The translations under genes and the position numbers were made by a program. From Candidatus Caldarchaeales archaeon (GTDB taxonomy: Archaea > Thermoproteota > Nitrososphaeria_A > Caldarchaeales > Wolframiiraptoraceae): a stretch of 24,000 bases of DNA. The stretch is from NCBI GenBank assembly GCA_039630055.1, contig JBCNVN010000017.1, positions 1-24,000 of the forward strand. The letters run 5' to 3'. Position 1 is the first letter of the stretch. Each line of letters begins with the position of its first letter. The notes under the pieces were generated by a model. That model saw only the letters and a program-made list of their open reading frames with translations. It did not search any database and was not told the DNA's origin. Below, in pieces: positions 7,286 to 14,215 of this stretch.

Positions 7286-8885
7286 GACTTCTCCTCAAAG
7301 CCTCTAATTCTCTAACCATCTTCTCAGAATTTTTAAGAATGTTCTTATAAACATCTTCTACCTGTTTATCGAATACTTTTCTACCCATGCTTCCCGATAG
7401 ATACTTGTGCACCATCATCCATAGCTGCTCGATAGACTGCTCTATCATCTTAGAAGTATTGGTCAATATGTCTATCTTATCTGAAGCCTCTGGAACGGTC
7501 TTCTTCAGATCTATAGAGATGCTGGAGATCCTACTAATGTATTTAGAGACATCATTTCTTATCTCAAGTATTCTCGGTCTAACATATCCTTTATCAAGTA
7601 TCTTCCTACTGGTAATCAAGTCTCCTACTAGATTACATGATCTTATCAATCCCTCTACATCCTCGATCAGCTTCCTAGCCTTCTCCTCATATTCTCTTAG
7701 TGGAGGCTTAAAAACCGGTCTCAATGAATATACCAAGATTCCTACAATGAAGATTGTTAAAGATGCTCCAAGGACGTATGGGATGAATGATGATAGGCTG
7801 AGAGTACGTTTAACCTCTATCTTAAAACTCTTCGTATCCTCGGTTAGAGGTGAGAGCATACCTAATGTAAAGGTTATAGAAGTCTTCTCAGGATATATTC
7901 TTTTAACCTCTATAGGTTCGATATTTGATGAGATATACTCCATTGAGGGTAGAATCACGTTTACCCTATAATCTGGAGTACTTATGTTGAAAGGTAGATG
8001 GGGGTAGACTATTATAGAATCTTCACCTAGACTGTAAAATGTGTTCTCAGGAGGATTGAACCTGATTATTACCGTCTGGCTCTCACCTACATTTAGAACC
8101 CTTCCAAAATATACACGTAATCTTCCACTATTTTCATCATAACTGTTTGAGAGTTTTCTTAACAGGTCTTCAGTCTCGATAAGTCTTGAACCATTTGGTA
8201 GAGTAAAATCGAAACCATCGACTGTTCTTCCATCTCTTAGATTAAGCTTAACCATATATTCAGCTTGATTTGATGATAAATCTAGTCTAAGATGAATGTT
8301 GACCGGTCTAATCGAACTGATCTCTCCAATATTGAACTCCATCCGTAGATTGTTTACCTTGGTAGTATCTAGAGAAAGCTCTCCGACTGCTGTTACACCA
8401 TCTCCTCCAATCTTTATAGCCTCTGGATAGACCTCACTTATATTTGACCAATCAGGTAGAAACATTCTTAGCTTGATCTGCTTTAAATCTTCTCTTGTTA
8501 ACGGGTTCAAGGGAAACTCTAAACTAAAGCTATCAGCTCCACTCTTCCCCAATAGGTCTCCAAAGATCGTTATTAGCTTCATACTATATGATGATTGATT
8601 TGAATATACTCTGAACCAGAATGCCTCATCTTCTATATTCATCTCTACTCTGCCATCAGGCGAATAATAATCTACCAGATTTCGTAGGAGTTCTCTCGGA
8701 AATCCTATCTCTATACTTCCTCCAAGTGCTGGAAGAGTATCAATCACATAGATAAACCCATACCTATCGATCTCTATGATTCTCTCAGCTTCCTTTTCCC
8801 CTAATACTATGTTTGGATGAGACGTATACATGAAGAGAATCATTATGAAGATTATTGTAACAAGTATCTTCTTCAAATCTCTCAC
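7278..8885 (-). CDS. Type I membrane protein with a large Cys-free ectodomain, one TM and a helical cytoplasmic tail; ribophorin-I/Ost1-like (hypothesis)
   Basis: A long ORF with a GTG start. Layout: signal/anchor (aa 7-21), about 340 aa of beta-rich ectodomain with 4 N-x-S/T sequons, a TM at aa ~364-388 (nt 7722-7796), then a ~145-aa K/E-rich helical tail. The coding call is solid. The functional call rests on architecture, pattern similarity recalled from eukaryotic RPN1/Ost1, and genomic context. Confidence 0.5.
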   Translation of the reverse strand: MRDLKKILVTIIFIMILFMYTSHPNIVLGEKEAERIIEIDRYGFIYVIDTLPALGGSIEIGFPRELLRNLVDYYSPDGRVEMNIEDEAFWFRVYSNQSSYSMKLITIFGDLLGKSGADSFSLEFPLNPLTREDLKQIKLRMFLPDWSNISEVYPEAIKIGGDGVTAVGELSLDTTKVNNLRMEFNIGEISSIRPVNIHLRLDLSSNQAEYMVKLNLRDGRTVDGFDFTLPNGSRLIETEDLLRKLSNSYDENSGRLRVYFGRVLNVGESQTVIIRFNPPENTFYSLGEDSIIVYPHLPFNISTPDYRVNVILPSMEYISSNIEPIEVKRIYPEKTSITFTLGMLSPLTEDTKSFKIEVKRTLSLSSFIPYVLGASLTIFIVGILVYSLRPVFKPPLREYEEKARKLIEDVEGLIRSCNLVGDLITSRKILDKGYVRPRILEIRNDVSKYISRISSISIDLKKTVPEASDKIDILTNTSKMIEQSIEQLWMMVHKYLSGSMGRKVFDKQVEDVYKNILKNSEKMVRELEALRRSLT

Positions 8886-9175
8886 CTGCTATCAAACACT
8901 AATCATTATTTAAAGCCTTCACAAGAGAGGAGAATATATGGATATCCTTCATAATCCTAGTGAGATAATGAGATGTCTCGAAGATTTAAACCTAGAATTC
9001 AGCATATACAATTAAAAATCATATTAATGTGCAACCTCTCCACATCTTCTTATTCATATCCATACTATTAATAATCATGTAGAAATCTTATCTTCAAGGA
9101 AGTTGAAGATTAAGTTAGAAGAGATAGGTACATTGTAAAATAATAAAAAGAATATAGAGACATTGATTAGATATA

Positions 9176-9270
9176 TGCTCCGGCCGGGATTTGAACCCGG
9201 GTCCCTGGCTCGAAAGGCCATTTTACGGCTCTTGGAGCCTGTATACTTGTCCGGGCTATACTACCGGAGC
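9176..9270 (-). tRNA. tRNA-Glu (anticodon UUC) with a 20-nt intron at a non-canonical site (between positions 27 and 28)
   Basis: On the reverse complement, exon 1 runs: acceptor GCTCCGG, then TA, D stem GTAT, D loop AGCCCGGACAA, D stem GTAT, then A and C27. The intron is [AGGCTCCAAGAGCCGTAAAA]. Exon 2 runs: TGGC, anticodon loop CTTTCGA, GCCAG, variable GGAC, T arm CCGGG-TTCAAAT-CCCGG, acceptor CCGGAGC and discriminator A. Removing the bracketed 20 nt gives a 75-nt cloverleaf nearly identical to known crenarchaeal tRNA-Glu(UUC). Confidence 0.85.
9221..9240 (-). other. tRNA-Glu intron (20 nt) in the 5' strand of the anticodon stem
   Basis: Deduced from the mature cloverleaf. The intron folds as a GGCTC-CAA-GAGCC hairpin flanked by 3-nt bulges (AC|a and aa|T). 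These are separated by a 4-position helix, GUAU (tRNA 22-25) against intron GUAA. That is a relaxed bulge-helix-bulge geometry. Confidence 0.7.
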
Positions 9271-9454
9271 ACGGTATACTATACCAATAATGTTAGAGGG
9301 ATATTTTATACTTAGCTTCATCCTAGTTCTTCTTACATTTTCTTATAACAGATTTTATAGTTTATCCATCTTTTTATTATAAAGATTGCTTACTGGAGAT
9401 TGGAGAAGATGGTTATTGACCACTACTTAACCCTTACCTATCTTTTTAATACTA

Positions 9455-9607
9455 TTATTTTGGAAACTCGTATCCGCACTCGGGGCATTTAACATAGTTG
9501 CATGAGATGATGGATGGACATTCACCACATGAGAAGACTCTAGAGTAGCTGACTTCAAAACTAAAACCACATCTGGGACATTTAACGATGTTCTTCTGAT
9601 ACTTCAT
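9455..9607 (-). CDS. Unannotated 50-aa zinc-ribbon microprotein
   Basis: Absent from the supplied track because it is under 60 aa. The minus-strand ORF is MKYQKNIVKCPRCGFSFEVSYSRVFSCGECPSIISCNYVKCPECGYEFPK, with three CxxC pairs (CPRC, CGEC, CPEC) plus one extra Cys. That pattern is unlikely by chance in an AT-rich spacer. Promoter and SD evidence is weak. Confidence 0.45.
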   Translation of the reverse strand: MKYQKNIVKCPRCGFSFEVSYSRVFSCGECPSIISCNYVKCPECGYEFPK

Positions 9608-9769
9608 CTTCCATCTTAAATACTAGTATGTGTAGTAGAAAAACCTTGTCTAGCTTAGAAAGAGCATCTCTTGATGATTGTGAGAATCTTATAGAATCAT
9701 TCTAATATCTCGACATAGGGGTTTGGAGTATGATAACTCTCTTAAAAGAATATTCTCTATAAGATTATC

Positions 9770-10753
9770 CTAATCACTCCACCATTTCATGCTATCTCTA
9801 TACTGTCTTATATCATCTTCTCTCAACGGCTTTCTGAATATGAAGAGATGCTCATAATAGAGTAGATAGAAATCTGTATAGTATCTCCTACCTTTTTCTA
9901 TGTCTACCCAGCACTCATCTGCTGTCTTTGCTAATCCAGCCCACTTCTCTCTAGTCGTCTTAGTCTTCCACTGATATTTTATAATGTCTTCCCTAAGGAT
10001 GAAGCCAGCCTCTAGAAAAGCCTGCATAGTCCTGAAGGCTACTGGAACATGATGCCTCTGCCTCCTAATATCTCCTACAAGTATTGCACAGAATCTTCCA
10101 GGTTTCAAGACTCTATAACTTTCTCTCGCTATCTCTTTCATACTGTCTATGTATTCGTCGAGACTACCTACAGCCGATATGTCTCCAGGCATCCTCTCTC
10201 TCTTGTTGTAGCGTATGATGTTTACATATGGTGGATGCGTGGCTATCAGGTCTATGGTCTCGTCTTCGATCAAGTCGAGGTTCCTCGCATCTCCTACATA
10301 CGTTCTTATCCAAGTTCTAGGAAAGCTGGGATCGGGAGGATTATACTCAAAGTTTAATCTATCAAGTGTGAGCATTATGCAGTTGATATTTATATCGACT
10401 CCGATAGCATTTCTTCCGAGAAGCTTGCACTCTATCAGCGTTGTTCCAGACCCGCACATCTGGTCTAAAACCGTCTCATTAAGTTTAGAATATCTGATTA
10501 TTATGTTTCTCACCATCTGTGGAGGCCAATTCCCTCTAAAATCTCCTTGATGGGTTGCCCACGTCCCCCTCTCTGGGAAAGACCAGACATTCGTGGTCTC
10601 AAGCTTGAAACCTCTAGGTTGAAGCTCTCTGATCCTTTTAGGCTTTCCAATCCTAATCTTTACATCCTCTATAACCACTTCACCATTAACCTCTATGAAC
10701 CTCTCATAATCTTTACAGGTTACCTCTTTCATCCCAATGTATCTCTCCGACAT
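9770..10753 (-). CDS. SAM-dependent amino-methyltransferase, most likely an N6-adenine/N4-cytosine DNA methyltransferase (motif I before motif IV; HPPY catalytic tetrapeptide)
   Basis: The NVWSFP...H.G.F.GNWPPQMVRNIIIRYSK.NETVLDQMCGSGTT block resembles the X+I region of N4/N6 DNA methylases. It is followed by GVDIN (motif II), VGDARNL (III) and IATHPPY (IV). No nuclease-like ORF is adjacent. Confidence 0.7.
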   Translation of the reverse strand: MSERYIGMKEVTCKDYERFIEVNGEVVIEDVKIRIGKPKRIRELQPRGFKLETTNVWSFPERGTWATHQGDFRGNWPPQMVRNIIIRYSKLNETVLDQMCGSGTTLIECKLLGRNAIGVDININCIMLTLDRLNFEYNPPDPSFPRTWIRTYVGDARNLDLIEDETIDLIATHPPYVNIIRYNKRERMPGDISAVGSLDEYIDSMKEIARESYRVLKPGRFCAILVGDIRRQRHHVPVAFRTMQAFLEAGFILREDIIKYQWKTKTTREKWAGLAKTADECWVDIEKGRRYYTDFYLLYYEHLFIFRKPLREDDIRQYRDSMKWWSD

Positions 10754-10965
10754 CTCATACTCCTCCTTGGGTCACGAATTCCTACACGATAACTTTCTCC
10801 ATAGTAGATGGTCTCGAAGTAAGCTTTAAAGTATTGATGACTGGGATAACTATAACATCAAAAACTATTGACATGGTCTGAATCGAATGGATTAGTAACT
10901 TTTAAATTCGACATATAGACTATCTCTACCTTGACAAGGGGATCAGAGATCGAAGAGGTGAATAG

Positions 10966-11529
10966 GTGGACTATTTAACACTCATCCTTCTCTCTCTAGG
11001 CTTATCTCTAGATGATTTCGGAATAGCTTTTGCTCTTAGCCTTCTAACACTTGGAGAATCTTTTAGAATTCGGATGGCTTATGCGGGTAAGATAGCGGTG
11101 GCATTCTCTATCTCAACCGCTCTCCTACCTTTAATAGGCTGGATAGCAGGCTTAATGATCTATGGTTGGGTTGCTGTATTCGATGATTGGATCGTTTTGA
11201 TAGTCTTCTGCGGAGTCGGGCTATGGATCATTAAAGAAGCTTTTGAAGATGAAAAGCTTAAGTCTGTTAACATGTTTTCCTCATCATTCTGGATGCTTGT
11301 GGCCACTGGCGTATTTGGAAGCTTAGACGAGAGCGTATTAGGGGTTAGTTACCCATTCCTCGATATCTCCATCCCATGGATAATAACCGCGGTCATCTTG
11401 GCTAACACAGCTCTAGTATACATGGCGATGCTGTTGAGTATCTGGATAAGGGGTCTAAGCAAGAGATTCACCTCAATCCTCTCCGGCTCAATCCTTATAT
11501 TGCTCGGCATAATGAACTTCATAAGATAA
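10966..11529 (+). CDS. mntP: Manganese efflux pump MntP (DUF204 family)
   Basis: LSLGLSLDDFGIAFALS at the N-terminus and a second internal repeat (GSLDESVLGVS), with about 6 TM helices in 187 aa. The GTG start lies 5 nt after a GAGGTGA SD. Confidence 0.8.
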   Translation: MDYLTLILLSLGLSLDDFGIAFALSLLTLGESFRIRMAYAGKIAVAFSISTALLPLIGWIAGLMIYGWVAVFDDWIVLIVFCGVGLWIIKEAFEDEKLKSVNMFSSSFWMLVATGVFGSLDESVLGVSYPFLDISIPWIITAVILANTALVYMAMLLSIWIRGLSKRFTSILSGSILILLGIMNFIR

Positions 11530-11741
11530 CTAGTCAAAGCATCAGAATTCTTCATCAACTTCACATTCTCTACTTGGAAAGCACGTAATCTTCGATCTAT
11601 CGATAGGCTTAACGATCTATAGATAAGATAATCTTCAAGATTTCAGCACAACTCTTACCCTAAACTAAATTGGTCGAAGACATTATAGAAAGCTCTTATA
11701 CTCTTTGAACCATGTTCTAGTTAAAAGACTGATCAGCCGAG

Positions 11742-12653
11742 GTGGTAGGGATTAAGATCGGTTATCCTTGCATAAACCTAAGGATAGGTTGCAGAAGCGA
11801 TAAAACCTTTAGGCTCAAATCATACTCGGAGAAACGCTTGATAGAGACGGTAGATAACAACCTCGACTGTCTACTCAGAATCCTCAAATTCAACTATGAA
11901 CACAATATATTATTCTTCAGGATAACATCTGACCTCATACCTTTCGCATCTCATCCAATCTGTAGATTTAACTGGCAGAACCACTTTAAGAAAAAGTTTG
12001 AAGAAATAGGAGAATTCATAATGAGAACTGGTATGAGGATCTCGATGCATCCAGACCAGTTCACCTTGATAAACTCTATCGATGAAGAAGTATTCCAGAG
12101 AAGCGTTAAAGAACTTTCTTACCATGCTCAAGTTCTAGAACTTATGAAGCTAGATACCACTGCAAAGATCCAGATCCACATCGGTGGAGCTTATGGAGAT
12201 AAAAGAGAAAGCATGAGAAGATTCATTAAAAGATTCTATCAGCTCGATGACCAAATCGCCCGTAGGCTTACAATAGAGAATGATGATAAAATATTCTCTT
12301 TTCAAGATTGTCTAGATGTAAGTAGAGAAACAGAAATACCTATCGTGTTCGATGTCTTTCATCATTCACTTAACAATTCTGGTGAGAGTATCTCTCAAGT
12401 TTTCGAAAAACTAGTTAGAACTTGGAGTACTGATAAGGATGGTGTCCCCATGGTAGATTATAGTTCTCGAAAACGTGGAGGCTCTCCGCGACAGCATGCA
12501 GAGTCCATAGACCTGAAACACTTTAAATCTTTCATAAAAGAATCCAGACCATACGATTTTGATATTATGCTAGAGATAAAAGATAAGGAGAGGAGTGCTC
12601 TTAAAGCTGTCAAGATAGCTATGGATGATCCCCGATTCATAAAAGTATCATGA
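11742..12653 (+). CDS. uvdE: UV damage endonuclease (UvdE/UvsE)
   Basis: Collinear with the bacterial UvsE sequence as I recall it. Shared blocks: IGYPCIN, FRITSDLIPFASHP, ISMHPDQFTLINS, IQIHIGGAYGDK, RLTIENDDK, IPIVFDVFHH, and a C-terminal MLEIKDKE. Confidence 0.9.
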   Translation: MVGIKIGYPCINLRIGCRSDKTFRLKSYSEKRLIETVDNNLDCLLRILKFNYEHNILFFRITSDLIPFASHPICRFNWQNHFKKKFEEIGEFIMRTGMRISMHPDQFTLINSIDEEVFQRSVKELSYHAQVLELMKLDTTAKIQIHIGGAYGDKRESMRRFIKRFYQLDDQIARRLTIENDDKIFSFQDCLDVSRETEIPIVFDVFHHSLNNSGESISQVFEKLVRTWSTDKDGVPMVDYSSRKRGGSPRQHAESIDLKHFKSFIKESRPYDFDIMLEIKDKERSALKAVKIAMDDPRFIKVS

Positions 12654-12731
12654 AGCCGGATATATGTTGAAAACTATATCAGAAATCTGTATTGATATAA
12701 GATGCTGGGTAGACCTATCTAAAGATCTAGG

Positions 12732-12827
12732 TGGGCCGGGCCGGATTCGAACCGGCGACCTCCGCCGCATCCCCGCCGATATATTCTTGCTGTCAGGGCG
12801 GCGTCATAGCCGCTAGACTACCGGCCC
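12732..12827 (-). tRNA. tRNA-Val (anticodon GAC) with a ~23-nt intron next to the anticodon (37/38)
   Basis: On the reverse complement, exon 1 runs: acceptor GGGCCGG, then TA, D stem GTCT, D loop AGCGGCTA, D stem TGAC, then G, anticodon stem strand CCGCC and CTGACA. The intron is [GCAAGAATATATCGGCGGGGATG]. Exon 2 runs: C, GGCGG, variable AGGTC, T arm GCCGG-TTCGAAT-CCGGC, acceptor CCGGCCC and discriminator A. The mature length is 73 nt. Confidence 0.85.
12768..12790 (-). other. tRNA-Val intron (about 23 nt)
   Basis: Deduced from the cloverleaf. The exact junction is ambiguous by 1 nt (37/38 or 38/39). The intron contains a second copy of CGGCGG, the 3' strand of the anticodon stem. Confidence 0.6.
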
Positions 12828-13082
12828 TCCGATGATGTTTAATCATGAGAATTAATAAATCCATCGCTCTACCTATCTATATGTGTATCTCCAGTGGTAG
12901 TCGGGTGTTTTTCTTCTAACTATGCTGGAAAAATTATCCGATTCGGTAGAGAGGGTTTAACCATCTTTCTAATCCTTGGAAAAAGCATTAAAGAGTCTTC
13001 GAATTAAGTATTCTAGGAAGGCTTGTACCATACTTTTCCCTCATGGAGATGACATATCCTAGATTTAGAGTTTAGGCATAAT

Positions 13083-13628
13083 TTAATTCCTAGTCTGTCT
13101 TTCCACTTTCTTTCCACATCTTTGTGGTATTATTCTTAGTTCTGCAGACTTGAACTCTCTAGTTAGCTCCTTTCCCTCTTGGAGCCAGTCTAGGAAAGTG
13201 GCTAACGCTGCCACCTCGCTGTGCGGTTGGTTAGATACCGCTATATTATAGTCTGCTAGCTCATATACCTCTCTCGGAACCTTCTCTGAACCAACTATAA
13301 CCATTATATCTTTCTCTCTCCAAATTCTTCTCACCTCATCTATAACATCTGGTAGATTTAATCCGTATACTGTTAGATGAATAATCTTTCCATCATTCTT
13401 CTTCCATTCCATTATAATCTTCCTCCACTCTTCTTCATATTCTATCTCGATCTCTCCACCCCATCTCTTAACAAACTTCTTCATCCTCTCGATCAGCTTA
13501 TCGTCTCTCTCCCCTGAGATTATGACTTTATCAGCACCGTAGGCTCTAGCCGTTAAGAAAACATGTGTAGTAATCCTCTTATCTCTCATGATTCTATGTC
13601 CAAGCCTTAGCACTACGATGTTACCCAT
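13083..13628 (-). CDS. trm56: tRNA (cytidine56-2'-O)-methyltransferase aTrm56 (SPOUT)
   Basis: [24 protein letters not shown] at the N-terminus and [34 protein letters not shown] at the C-terminus are the aTrm56 signature blocks. Confidence 0.9.
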   Translation of the reverse strand: MGNIVVLRLGHRIMRDKRITTHVFLTARAYGADKVIISGERDDKLIERMKKFVKRWGGEIEIEYEEEWRKIIMEWKKNDGKIIHLTVYGLNLPDVIDEVRRIWREKDIMVIVGSEKVPREVYELADYNIAVSNQPHSEVAALATFLDWLQEGKELTREFKSAELRIIPQRCGKKVERQTRN

Positions 13629-13630
13629 CT

Positions 13631-14215
13631 CTACTTCTTAGCTTTAAGAGCCTTAGATACTTCTTCTTTTATAGGAAGTTCTTCAACCTTCTTAGCCCTA
13701 GCTATCTGTTCGAGATACCTCTTTATCTCATCGATTTTAGATTCTATTGCTTTCAATACTTCTTCATTATCGATTGGTTGAAGCATGTTACCGCATAATC
13801 GACATCTGAATAGATTGTCTAAAGCTTCCTCGAATGTGAGCTTTCTACATCCCTTGGTTCCACACCAGTAAAACTGGTGGCTTCTCTCATACTCTAACCT
13901 CTCCTCCAACCTCTCAAGTATCTTCTTCATATTAGTTATTATGAAGCCTGTTACCTGCTCTTGTCCAACATACCATCTAAATATTCTATGACCTGTATCT
14001 TTATCTCTAGCCAGCTCATAATGTAAGATTCCCTGCTCATTCAGTTTATGAAGTATTTTTCTAACCTCTCTAACATCTATCTGGAGGAGGCTTGATAGTT
14101 CTTCATCGGTTATGCCAGGTCTCTTCAGTAGATTCTTCATGATCTGTCCTGAAGTCTCTCCTCCAATAAGAATGGCAAGCTCCACAATCGTATCTTCATC
14201 GATGTGTAGAAGCAT
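13631..14215 (-). CDS. tfe: Transcription factor E, alpha subunit (TFE / TFIIE-alpha homologue)
   Basis: An N-terminal winged helix ([30 protein letters not shown]...RWYV) is followed by a zinc ribbon (YWCGTKGC...FRCRLCG) and an acidic/helical tail. It sits 2 nt upstream of trm56 on the same strand. Confidence 0.85.
   Translation of the reverse strand: MLLHIDEDTIVELAILIGGETSGQIMKNLLKRPGITDEELSSLLQIDVREVRKILHKLNEQGILHYELARDKDTGHRIFRWYVGQEQVTGFIITNMKKILERLEERLEYERSHQFYWCGTKGCRKLTFEEALDNLFRCRLCGNMLQPIDNEEVLKAIESKIDEIKRYLEQIARAKKVEELPIKEEVSKALKAKK

Noticed and set aside
7387-7971. 194-aa plus-strand ORF
   Set aside because: It is an antisense shadow inside the 535-aa membrane-protein gene. The sequence is low-complexity with no start context.
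9176-9270. First reading of this tRNA as having anticodon stem GGCTC/GAGCC with a CCA (Trp) or CAA anticodon
   Set aside because: That fold needs a 13-nt D loop, a 6-nt variable loop and an anticodon loop without U33. Removing nt 9221-9240 instead gives a canonical tRNA-Glu(UUC) that matches known crenarchaeal tRNA-Glu almost position for position.
9191-9382. 63-aa plus-strand ORF
   Set aside because: Its first third is the reverse complement of tRNA-Glu, so it is an artefact of the GC-rich tRNA sequence.
10049-10792. Three overlapping plus-strand ORFs (102, 111 and 81 aa)
   Set aside because: All are antisense to the methyltransferase gene, which carries clear SAM-binding and HPPY motifs. 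None of the three has a recognisable feature.
10834-10881. Candidate C/D box sRNA (TTGATGA ... CTGA, 48 nt)
   Set aside because: The C box starts with U instead of a purine. There are no internal D'/C' boxes and no terminal stem, and it is too short.
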